Source of the DNA: Macrostomum lignano
Lineage: Eukaryota
Length of the DNA stretch: 64,000 nt
Direction of reading: 5' to 3'
Assembly (NCBI GenBank): GCA_002269645.1
Contig: NIVC01000757.1
Coordinates: 1-64,000, forward strand
Shown here in pieces: positions 11,901 through 23,263 of this stretch; positions within the stretch are counted from its first letter, which is position 1, and the number at the start of each line of letters is the position of its first letter. The translations under genes and the position numbers were made by a program. The notes under the pieces were generated by a model that worked only from the letters and a program-made list of their open reading frames with translations, was not told where the DNA came from and did not search any database.

Positions 11901-13676
11901 CCGACTCTTTTCATAATGTACTCTCGATTCAAATGTACGTGAACAATTTACACTACACATGAATGTACATGAAGTCTAATGTTCCATTCGTAGGCTTAAA
12001 GAGTACAGAAAATAGAGCTGGAAAGTCATATTCGAATTATCAATGGGTATAGAGCTCCTTGACCTACATGCCTTCAGAACTTCAGCATGTGACGTGCAAT
12101 AAAATAACACGCTTACAAACTGTACGCGCATTAGCTTTATACAAACAAAAACACAAATTAGGAGCAATAGGATACCGTTTTTCGGAATCATAAGCAATGC
12201 TGAAATTATAAGAAAAATAAAAATCTTAGAAAAATTTCTTTAGCTTTCTTTGAAACTGATTCCAGTTTATCGTGATCGAGTCCAACAACTGTGGATTTAA
12301 ATAAAATTAATTTTGCGAATATATTATGATTAAGCTAGTCCACAACTCCACTCCACAAGACCACGAGTCACGTCGTCCGTGACCGTGACGATAATAATGG
12401 CCTACGATTTCGATGTAGAATTGCTGGCTATAACTGCCATGACTTAATCACTAAGTATCATATTCCTAAGCGGTAACTCCTATAAATCCGGGGTAGGAGA
12501 TACTACCCTTAAAGTTCAGTGAATAATTTAGTGCCTGGCTCACTGACTGGTCTGCCTGCCTGGTCATTAAACACAAATATATAATCCAGTCTTCAACGTT
12601 CAACTCTGAATTTTCGCCTAGCAAACTATTTAAAATGACACAATCAAGTCAGACTAAAATGTTGTGCCATTTCAGAATCTTTATGATCAAAGTCCAAATC
12701 TCAAAATTGACCTTCTATTTTTAGTTTCAAATTTTCATACAGATATTTGTAATTTCATTTTAAGCTCAGGCCTTAGGCTAACTTCACCTCAAACTCACAA
12801 TACCATATGACAATGTTTGTGTCTTGAACAAAGGTATTTTCTATATTCTAAAAAGTTAGGCCTATATTACCTTTTAGACCTATATTTAAAATATTTAATT
12901 ATGCCATTTAAAGCTTCATAGAGCCTAAGCAATGGCCTATGTTTAATCTAGACAAGAAGTCTAACTTTAATGTTGCTATTCAAGTTTTCCATATTGTCCT
13001 ATTTTCCCACATTAAAATATAGTTACATATTTATCTTCATTTTCAATATAAATCATGGCTAAATGAGCATCTAAAACTATAGTAGGCCCTACCTCCTGCC
13101 AAGTTGCTGCCATTTTGTTGGCTTGGAGAAGCATTTTGACTGACAGCTGTGTCTTGGATTCAATATGAAAATATCCATTTAGACTAATATGTAGGCCCTT
13201 ACAAGATTTCAAACTTTAGAAGTATATTTAGCATTAAATATATCAACTTCTAACTAATTATAGTCTGTATTATAATAATTTTTGTGTAATACATATACTA
13301 GGTTTCATGATATATCAATATCTTAGAATCTTGATTTTGCATACCAAGTACTAGATTGGCAATCTTTTTCTAAGCTAGATGCCATTTAATTTGTCCTATG
13401 TTTTCTTTGAATTTAATTTCTATTTTTAATATCTATTAGTTTATAATTTTCAAGCTTCATGGGATTTTAAAATCAAGTAGGCCTTAATCAATACACAATT
13501 GAGTCTGCAGACTTAACTGCAGATAAGTTTTGCAACTTCTATGGGTTAGAAATGCTTACTTGGTGTAGGGTTTGGTACTAGTGATTATTGTTTTGTTATG
13601 TGAACTTTTTGACCAATGATATCTACCTTAATAAGTTCTTTTACTATATATACTTATTAGTGAATGGCTTAAAAAC

Positions 13677-16308
13677 GGGTCTATGAAATTTGCTAGCAGG
13701 AAATCTGCTAGCCGAAGTTTGCTAGCGAGAAATTTGCTTGCCAAAATCTGCTAGCCAAAATTTGCTAGCCGAAATGTGCTAGCCGAAATCTGCTAGCGGA
13801 AATCTGCTAGCCGAAGTTTGCTAGCCGAAGTTTGCTAGCCGAAATCTGCTAGCCGAAATGTGCTAGCCGAAATCTGCTAGCCGAAGTTTGCTAGCCGAAA
13901 TCCGCTAGCCGAAATCTGCTAGCCGAAATCTACTAGCCGAAGTTTGCTAGCCAAAATCCGCTAGCCAAAATGTGCTAGCCAAAATCTGCTAGCCAAAATC
14001 CGCTAGCCAAAATGTGCTAGCCAAAATCTGCTAGCCAAAATCCGCTAGCCAAAATCTGCTAGCCAAAGTTTGCTAGCAGGAATTTTGCTAGCGAGGATTT
14101 TGCTAGCCGAAATCTGCTAGCCGAAGTTTGCTAGCCGAAATCTGCTAGCCAAAGTTTGCTAGCAGGAATTTTGTTAGCGAGGATTTTGCTAGCCAAAATC
14201 TGCTAGCGATAATATAACCAAAACCGGCAAACAGCAATTTACGAAGTTGTAATTTGCTAGAGACATTTTTTCTTGTCCAATTTCGCAAGAAACTCTGCAG
14301 GACTTATCATGCAGGACAAATAAATTTGTGTTTTTCGCTCTAATGACTCTCTTTGTTGTGCTTATTAGCAGTGATCTGCAAATTGCAATATATAATAATA
14401 ATTGCAGCCTGCATTGTTGTATCGTAATATAATGCAATTAAAAATTACTAAATCAGAAATTTCTTTGTAGCTAGCACTCGTATGACAAGAATCTGAATGT
14501 AATTTATATACAAAATGTGCTTGTTAATTTTATTCTTCAAGTTTGTTGGCTCTGTTGTTTTGTTTGCCTGCTCTCGGTAGTCAGAGTAAATTAAGAAGGC
14601 AATCTGTTGTGGGGATGACTTCATCTGGATGACTTAATCTGCCACCTAGCCTTCGCCGTGGGTTCTCATACATGTACGTGTTAAAACACAATCAGTAGAT
14701 GACGTCATAGACAAAAAGAAAATAAGATTTAGGTTTTAATGTAGGTGGATTGAAAAGTTCATATACAAGCTATTGAATAAAGTAAATATATTACATCCAT
14801 GATCACAGGGTAAGAGCTTGTGGGCCACACCTGCAAAGAGTTTTTGCTTGTACACAGTGCCATAAGTGATAAAAAATATCTATACATTAACAATAGATAT
14901 AGCAATAGTAAATTGTACCTTGGAAATACACGTATCTAGCTATAGATACTGTACACCAACATGTGTGTTACTGTATGCTAAAGTACTGTATATGCTAAAA
15001 CTGCACTTGGAAATCGTCAAAATCATTTATAATTTTTTGTCCTTTTTTACTCGTAGACATTTGATAATGTTTTAGCATTATCAGCTGTAAGGCCGTAGTT
15101 CAGGTAGCTCAGGCAGCTGTAGTTCAGGTAGTTAAATTTAAACTTATCTATACACACAACTTTCAGTCTTAATGGCTGGTAGTGGCAGTATATGGTATAT
15201 AAGTTATATATTTATTCGTACAAATCAAAGCAGCTCAAATCGGAATCAAAACACAGCAAATAACATGCAACAGCTACGAGAGCAAGGCAGCTAGCAAAAT
15301 CCTTGCTAGCAAACTTCGGCTAGCAGATTTCGGCTAGCAGATTTCGGCTAGCGGATTTTGGCTAGCAAACTTCGGCTAGCACATTTCGGCTAGCAGATTT
15401 CGGCTAGCGGATTTTGGCTAGCAAACTTCGGCTAGCAGATTTCGTCTAGCAGATTTCGGCTAGCAGATTTCGGCTAGCAGATTTCGGCTAGCACAATCCT
15501 CGCTAGCAAACTTCAGCTAGCAGATTTCGGCTAGCACATTTCGGCTAGCAAACTTCGGCTAGCACATTTCGGCTAGCACATTTCGGCTAGCAAACTTCGG
15601 CTAGCAGATTTCGTCTAGCAGATTTCGGCTAGCAGATTTCGGCTAGCAGATTTCGTCTAGCAGATTTCGGCTAGCAGATTTCGTCTAGCAGATTTCGTCT
15701 AGCAGATTTCGGCTAGCAGATTTCGGCTAGCAAACTTCGGCTAGCACATTTCGGCTAGCACAATCCTCGCTAGCAAACTTCAGCTAGCAGATTTCGGCTA
15801 GCACATTTCGGCTAGCAAACTTCGGCTAGCAGATTTCGTCTAGCAGATTTCGGCTAGCAGATTTCGGCTAGCACATTTCGGCTAGCAAACTTCGGTTAGC
15901 AAACTTCGGCTAGCACATTTCGGCTAGCACATTTCGGCTAGCAAACTTCGGCTAGCAAACTTCGGTTAGCAAACTTCGGCTAGCAAACTTCGGCTAGCAC
16001 ATTTCGGCTAGCAAACTTCGGCTAGCACATTTCGGCTAGCAAACTTCGGTTAGCAAACTTCGGCTAGCACATTTCGGCTAGCACATTTCGGCTAGCAAAC
16101 TTCGGCTAGCAAACTTCGGTTAGCAAACTTCGGCTAGCAAACTTCGGCTAGCACATTTCGGCTAGCAAACTTCGGCTAGCACATTTCGGCTAGCACATTT
16201 CGGCTAGCAAACTTCGGCTTGCAGATTTCGGCTAGCAGATTTCGGCTAGCGGATTTCGGCTAGCAAACTTCGGCTAGCAGGTTTCCTGCTAGCAAATCTC
16301 GTACTCCC
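13677..16308. mobile_element. Foldback-like (MULE-type) non-autonomous element with long inverted arms of 14-bp tandem units
   Basis: Left arm ~13690-14210 of gctagccgaaatct units; right arm ~15290-16295 is the reverse complement. Termini ggg..ta.ga.atttgctagcaggaaa match on both ends. 9-bp TSD cttaaaaac at 13668-13676 and 16309-16317. The ~1.07-kb spacer has no recognisable ORF. Confidence 0.85.
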
Positions 16309-16435
16309 CTTAAAAACATAGACTTAATGCAATACTTGATATTATTAAAACAAAGTAAAAATGACTTGTAGGCTATTCTAATACAGTAATATAATATAAT
16401 ATAATAGTATAATAATAATATGCTCATAGTTTATT

Positions 16436-16535
16436 ACACCTGCCCTACTGGTTAATTGGCTTATTGAAGGACACAAATTGTTCCAAGTGGGTCAAGAATC
16501 GAACCCCCGACCTTGCTCTAAGCAACCACTAGTCT
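16436..16535 (-). mobile_element. Internally deleted SINE family A fragment
   Basis: aaggacacaaattgttccaagtgggtcaagaatcgaaccccc matches the family A head at 30560-30600. Confidence 0.6.
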
Positions 16536-16687
16536 ACAGTTATATAGTTAGTTCTAGATTAATTATGCATAATAATTGTTAACTTCTTTCCGAAGCTGTC
16601 GATGTCCATATTGAATTTCAGCAGGAGCCATCGGCAGCTAAGAGGCGTTGTTGCGGTCACAGTTGCCCAGATTGCGAGCAAGAGAAG

Positions 16688-19600
16688 ATGAATCCTCACG
16701 CATTGCGCGCTGAGCTACTGGGATACGTGAGCATCGGTTCGGTTGCCAAGATTGAAGAGCTGCTCGGCAGTCGGCAGCAACAACCGGCTCTGCCAGCTGA
16801 AACTTTGAACGCCGCTTTTCTACTGTCTTGCCGACTTGGCCGGGTCAAAGCTGCCGAAGCTTTGAAAGATCACGTCACTCCGAATGCTCGAACTCCGGAC
16901 GGCATGACTGGATTGATGTTGGCCGCTAGACAGGATAATAGTGAGCTGCTGCGACTGCTGCTGGCCAGGGATGCTGATGCCCAGCTGGCGGACATGTCCG
17001 GCCGGAACGCCCTGCACTGGGCTACAATTGAGGGCAAATTGAACAATGTCCGTCTGCTGCTTGATCACGGGGTTGCTATGAACGAAGTGGACAGGTGAGT
17101 CTGTTTATTGCTGTTTAGTAACCGTCTATTGTATCATGCGTTTGACAATGCATCATTGAACTGTCTGTATCTTCCCCATTTTTTCCCCGAACATCTTCCC
17201 CATTTTTCCCTGAATATCTTCCCAATTTCCCACTGAATGTCTTAAATATTTTTCAAGGGAATATCTTCCCCATTTCTCCCCTGAGTATCTTCTCAATTTC
17301 CCACTGAATATCTTCCCATTTCTCCCTGAATATCTTCCCCATTTCTCCCCTAAATATCTTCCCCATTTCTCCCTGAATATCTTCCCCATTTCTCCCCTAA
17401 ATATCTTCCTTATTTCTCCCTGAATATATCTTCCCCATTTTCCCTGAATATATTCTTCATTTCCCCTGAATATCTTCCCCATTTCTTCCCTAAATACTTC
17501 CCCATTTCTCCCTGAGTATCTTCCCCATTTCTTCCCTAAATACTTCCCCATTTCTCCCTGAATATCTTTCCCATTTCTCCCTGAATATCTTTCCCATTTC
17601 TTCACTGAATATCTTCCCCATTTTTCCCCTAAAAATCTGCCCCATTTCTCCCCTAAATATCTTCCCCATTTCTCCCCTAAATATCTGCCCCATTTCTCCA
17701 TATGCATCCTCATTTCTCGCCAGCACCATACCATTTCCCCACTCGCAGGTGCGGCTGCACAGCCCTGATGTACGCGGTGCAGCTGAACCGGCCCAATCTG
17801 GTCCACCTGCTAGTGAAATCTGGAGCCGACACCCATCGACCCAATCGGTACAGAGAGACGCCGCTAGGCCTGGCTTGCCGTTTCGGCTATCATAACGTGG
17901 TGCCCAGGCTGTTGCCATACGTTAGGCACCCGGATTTGCCAGATCAGTTTGGCCAGACTCCGCTGATGGTGAGTGAGGTTGGATTGGATTGTCAGATTGG
18001 AATGGGGCCTGCCTGCGATTTGGCCTTGATTCTAGACTGGTTATTGAAGGATAAACAAAATAGGTCAAAGAAACAGGTAAAATGGTTGAAAATGACAGGT
18101 AGAACAGGTGAAAAGGGTAGGTAGAACAGGTGAAAAGGGTAGGTAGAACAGGTAAAAAGGACAGGTAGAACAGGTGAAAAGGACAGGTAGAACAGGTGAA
18201 AATACAGGTAGAACAGGTGAAGACACTACACACTAGGTAGAAAAAGAAAAAAAGACAGATAGAACAAGTGAAAAGGACAGGCAAAACACGTTAAAAACAG
18301 GAGAAACAGGAGAAAAAGACAGGTAAAACAGGAGAAAAGGACAAGTAGAACTGGTAAAAAGGACATGCAGCACAGGTGTAAAGGACAGGCAAAACACGTT
18401 AAAAACAGGTAGAACACGAGAAAAAGATAGGCAAAACAGGAGAAAAGGACAGATAGAACAGGTGAAAAGGACAGGTACAACAGGTGAAAAGGGTGGGTAG
18501 AACAGTAAAAAGGACAGGTACAACAGGTAAAAAGTACAGGTAGAACAGGTGAAAAGGACAGATAGAACAGGTGAAAATATAGGTAGAACAGGTGAAGAAA
18601 CAGGTGAAAAAGCAGGTAGAACAGGTGAAGACACTAGGTAGAACAAGAAAAAAAGACCGGTAGAACAAGTGTAAAGGACAGGCAAAACACGTTAAAACAG
18701 GAGTACCACGAGAAAAAGACAGGTAAAACAGGTGAAAAGGACAGATAGAACAGGTGAAAAGGACAGATAGAACAGGTGAAAAGGACAGGTACAACAGGTG
18801 AAAAGGACAAGTAGAACTGGTAAAAAGGACAGGCAGAACAGGCTAAAAAGACAAGTAGAACAGGTGAAAAAGATACTAACGAGAGCTCTTCTAAGAAAAC
18901 ACGTAGAATTGTGTAGAAATGACAATAAAAAACAGATCAATATGACAGTAAAGATCAGACAATGGCCAGTCTCAACCTACCCAATCGTCAGGTGGCCTGC
19001 CAGCACAATCACCGGGCAATTGTTGCGCAACTGCTGGAGCACGGCCAGGTGGACGTCAATGCGCAGGCTAACCCATCGTCTTCAACGAATTTTGCGACGA
19101 TCCCGACTGCGCCGACGCAGCCGACGGTGGCTGGCAGCGTAGCGGCCGACCCGGCCAGCTCGACTCCGCTGGCCCACGCCTGCCGGAACCGGAGCATCGA
19201 GTTGGCCAGAATGCTGCTGGAACGAGGAGCTCAACCCACCGAGGCTTGCCTGGTCTTGGCCTCGCTAGCCGACTCGGCTGAGCTGATCGACGCTCTGGCT
19301 AAAAGCGGCGCCCCGGTTGGCGCCTGTCGGCAGGCGCTCGAAGCCGCATGTAGGATGGGGCGCCCAGCAGCCTGCAGGAAACTGCTGGAGCTGGGGGCGC
19401 CCGTCACGCCGTCTGAGGCGGCCGCTCCGGCTGGAGTGAATGGTGAGCGCTGGGGTCAATCAACTGTCAGTCAGTTTGTCACATTAATTTGGAATCTCGG
19501 CTTGGCTCTGCTCATGAAATTAACGGCTTTGAGGGCCAACTCCCAAGGCACAGTGAAGTGTACATGCCTAACGATAAATAAAGTTAGGGCCGCTGTACAC

Positions 19601-21799
19601 TCCCGTGTGAGTGTGTGCCTGTGCGTATGACTGCGTACGTATCCGCGCGCTTGTGTGCCTGCTCAGGGGAGTCGGAGGAATGGGTAATGATGCCTCTCGC
19701 CTGTTGTGTGTATATGTCGCTTAAGGTGCGCCAGTGTGCACACAGCCACCCGGCCTCTAACAACATAACTAAAGTAAAAAGTTGGTCTATCAATCAATTT
19801 ACCAATCAGTCAACCAATCAATCAACCAATCAATCAACCAATCAATCAGTGAATAAATCAATCAATCAACCAATCAATCAACCAATTAATCAAACAATCA
19901 ATCAATCAGTGAATAAATCAACCAATCAATCAATCAGTGAATAAATCAACCAATCAATCAATCAGTCTATCAATCAACTAATCAATGAATCAATCAGTCA
20001 ACCAATCAATCAATCAATCAACCAATCGATCCTCTCAACCCCATCGCAGGCGGCCTGCAGCGCTGTCAATCAAGCTTATCCGTAGCCTGCCAAGCAGCGC
20101 CCAGTCCTGACGCGCTGGCCTGCGCCTGCGCCCTGCTGGCTCTCCGGCCGGCCGAGATCTCCCCGGCCGAGCCGCTGTACGAATCTCCGGCCGCACCTTT
20201 GAGCTCCAATTCGAACTCGAATCGATGCCGACCCCCGGCTCTGCTGCTGCTGGCCGGACAAGTGGACGGAGCTGTTGAGCAGTTGGCCCGACTGGCCGCG
20301 GACTGCCGGCCGGACCTGCCGGCCGCCCTAACCGGACCCGAGCTGGCTGCCGAACTGGCCTCTTCGGATCGATGGCCGCTGCCCATGCTGGTGGCCTGCT
20401 ATAAGCTGCTGATGCATGGCGGCCCGTTTCTGCCCAAGGAGGATCCCGAACTGAAAGGTGAGTAGCTGCGTTGAGTACCTGTTTCTATGGTAGTAGTCCG
20501 ATTGAGGACCTCTGTTCTTCAGATTGTAGAAATTGAGGACCTCTGTTCTTCAGATTGTAGAAATTGAGGACCTCTATTCTTCAGATTGTAGAAATTGAGG
20601 ACCTCTGTTCTTCAGATTGTAGAAATTGAGGACCTCTATTCTTCAGATTGTAGAAATTGAGGACCTCACTTGAGAGGTGAGGACTGGATTGAGAACCTCA
20701 ATTGAGAGGTGAGGAGAAATTGAGGACCTCAATTGAGAAGTCTCAATTGAGACTTCAGATCTGTTCTTCAGATTGTAGAAATTGAGGACCTCTGTTCTTC
20801 AGATTGTAGAAATTGAGGACCTCTGTTTTGTAAGATGCTACAGAATTGAGGACCTTTTTCTTTTAGACGTTGGAGTAACCAGTTAATGTAAAATTTAAGT
20901 CGACAAGCAACAATTCTAAACACCCGCGCCCAGGCCGTTGCTACGCGGACCTGGTTCGAGCCTATCTACTTCGTCAGCCGAATCGATCAGCCGATGCCCT
21001 GCTGCAGGACTGCCCGCCTCGCCTGGCCGTGGCCGCCCTCCGCCATCCCGCCGTGCTGGAGGCCGCACTTCAGGAGCGGGCGCAGCTGCTGCCGAGCCTC
21101 CTGGCCGTCTGCTGCCCGCTGCACCTGCCTCTGCCCGGCTGCCAGCTGGACCCGCTGGCCTTCTGCCTGCTGACTGAGGACCTGGAGTCCGCCCTGCTGC
21201 TGCTGCTGGCCGGCGCCTCGCCTGCCTACCTGTGGCGCTGCCATCAGCTGCAGCAGTGGCCCGCCGCTGTGGTTGAGGCTAGGAGAGCCAAGGTATGTGT
21301 CCTAGTGTCTGTCTGTGTCTGTCTGTGTCTGTATGTCTGTCTGTGTGTCTGTGTGTGTGTCTGTGTGTCTGTGTGTGTGTCTGTCTGTGTGTGTTTGTGT
21401 GCCTGTCTGTGTGTCTGTCTGTGTCTGTCTGTGTGTCTGTGTGTGTGCCTGTGTGTGTGTCTGTGTGTCTGTCTGTGTGTGTGTCTGTGTGTCTGTCTGT
21501 GTGTCTGTCTGTGTGTCTGTCTGTGTGTCTGTGTCTGTCTGTGTGTCTGTCTGTGTGTCTGTCTGTGTCTGTGTGTCTGTCTGTGTCTGTGTGTGTCTGT
21601 CTAAGTGTCTGTGTGTCTGTGTGTCTGTCTGAGTGTCTGTGTGTCTGTCTGTGTCTGTGTCTGTCTGTGTGTCTGTCTGAGTGTCTGTGTCTGTGTGTGT
21701 GTCTGTGTGTCTGTCTGAGTGTCTGTGTGTCTGTGTGTCTGTCTGTCTGTCTGTGTGTCTGTCTGAGTGTCTGTGTGTCTGTGTGTCTGTCTGTTTGTG

Positions 21800-21864
<65 letters not shown>

Positions 21865-22149
21865 GACTGTCTGTCTACTCCTGGTCCAACTGTCAGTCAA
21901 TGTCATTCCCTCGCCCAGGACTCCGTAGCCGAGCGCCTCGATGCGGTCTGGTCGGCGCCATTCTCACTGCGCCATCTGGCGCGCACAGCCGCCCGCCGGG
22001 TGCTGACGCCGCCGCAGCCGTTGCGCACCGAGTCAGACTGGCTGCGCCTGAAAGTGCCGCTGTCCGGCGACGCGAAGCTTCGAATGTCGCTGCTATTCGA
22101 TCCGGTATTCGCCGACATGTTCGCCCTGCTGCAGGCTATCGCTTACTGA
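16688..22149 (+). CDS. Ankyrin-repeat and SOCS-box (ASB-like) protein, 6 exons, ~691 aa
   Basis: Exons 16688-17094, 17749-17968, 18992-19442, 20050-20457, 20934-21292, 21919-22149 join in frame (2076 nt). Ankyrin motifs [52 protein letters not shown]-terminal BC-box-like [22 protein letters not shown] at 22284-22289. Confidence 0.88.
17160..17700. repeat. Pyrimidine-rich intronic minisatellite (~23-24 bp, gaatatcttccccatttctcccct)
   Basis: Tandem units in ASB-like intron 1. Confidence 0.9.
18055..18895. repeat. Purine-rich intronic minisatellite (~21-22 bp, aaaaggacaggtagaacaggtg)
   Basis: Tandem units in ASB-like intron 2. Confidence 0.9.
19482..19760 (+). mobile_element. SINE family B, head-less copy
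   Basis: ggaatctcggcttggctctgctc...gtgaagtgtacatgcctaac...gtcgcttaaggtgcgccag. Homologous to minus-strand copies at 22478-23016 and 30050-30297. Confidence 0.75.
19790..20030. repeat. Degenerate (CAAT)n microsatellite
   Basis: Visible tetranucleotide run in ASB-like intron 3. Confidence 0.9.
20505..20855. repeat. 31-bp intronic minisatellite (gaggacctctgttcttcagattgtagaaatt)
   Basis: Tandem units in ASB-like intron 4. Confidence 0.9.
21295..21875. repeat. Compound (TG)n/(TGTC)n microsatellite
   Basis: ASB-like intron 5, starting right at the donor site. Confidence 0.95.
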
Positions 22150-22477
22150 TGGGCCGGGAGTTCGAATCTTCTGCCGCGGGTGAAATCGTTTGATTAGAAA
22201 TATTATATATAGATTGCTTAAAACGGTATAATATATACGGATAGAAGTGCATTGAATCAAGCTGACCTAAACAGTGATTGTTTAATAAATGCTTTGATTT
22301 GGCTTATTGTAAAATCAGTTTCAGCTCCTCTGCTACATTTTTATTGTTTTATTCATTTGATTTTATTTTGAATTTAATTTTTAGGTTCAGTCCTTTGGAT
22401 GTTAGGATCTGTCATTGTGGGCGGGATTTTAGCGGTTTGGGTTGTATGTGCAACATGCGAAAAGACAGATCGAAGAG

Positions 22478-23016
22478 GCTTAGGGGCTGTGTGCCCCCTG
22501 GCGCACTTTAAGCGACATTGTCCTGCGACTATTGATTGTCATTGATTGATTGATTGCATGGTTGGCTGATTGATTGACTGATTGATTAATTGATTGACTG
22601 ATTGATCAATTGATGGACTGATTGATTGATTGATGATTAACTGATTTATTTATTGATTGATTGACTGATTGATTGACTGATTGATTGATTGATTGACTGA
22701 TTGATTGATTGATCCACTGATTGATTGATTGATCCACTGATTCCAGGAGGCACACAAGCGCGCGGATACGTACGCAGTCATACGCACAGGCACACACTCA
22801 CACAGGAATGTACAGCGACCCTATCTTTATTTTATCGTTAGGCATGTACACTTCACTGCACCTTGGGGGTTAGCCCTCAAAGCCGTTAATTGCACGAGCA
22901 GAGCCAAGCCGAGATTCCAATTCAGCCCCAAATTAATGCGACTGCACTTGGAATCGAGCCTGGGTCGCTGGCACATCAGAGCGCCGCGCTAAACCACTGG
23001 GCTACAACCCCCCCCC
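22478..23016 (-). mobile_element. SINE family B with a tRNA-like head and an internal (CAAT)n microsatellite
   Basis: Minus strand: ggggttgtagcccagtggtttagcg (A box)...ggctcgattcc (B box). Body is homologous to 19482-19760. (ATTG)n on the plus strand at ~22535-22740. Confidence 0.8.
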
Positions 23017-23263
23017 ATTAGGTGAAGCAGGTAAATACCAATATAGTAGGTAAAAAAGATAGGTAAATAGAACAGTAAAAACAGGTCAGTAATATAATAC
23101 TGCATTTATGGCAGATTAATTACTTAACTTGTCTGTAGCGAGTGCTTACAGACAAGTTTATAGATGCCTTTTATTACCATTTAAAACACGGCTAACATGC
23201 AGTAGTATAAAACGCACATTTTGTTGTACTTTTACAATACAATGAAGGTCCTTCATTTTTTGC

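Noticed and set aside
22930-23016. tRNA genes at SINE heads (also 30590-30648, 49670-49740, 52430-52475)
   Set aside because: A and B boxes are present, but the acceptor stems do not close and each head continues into a shared SINE body.
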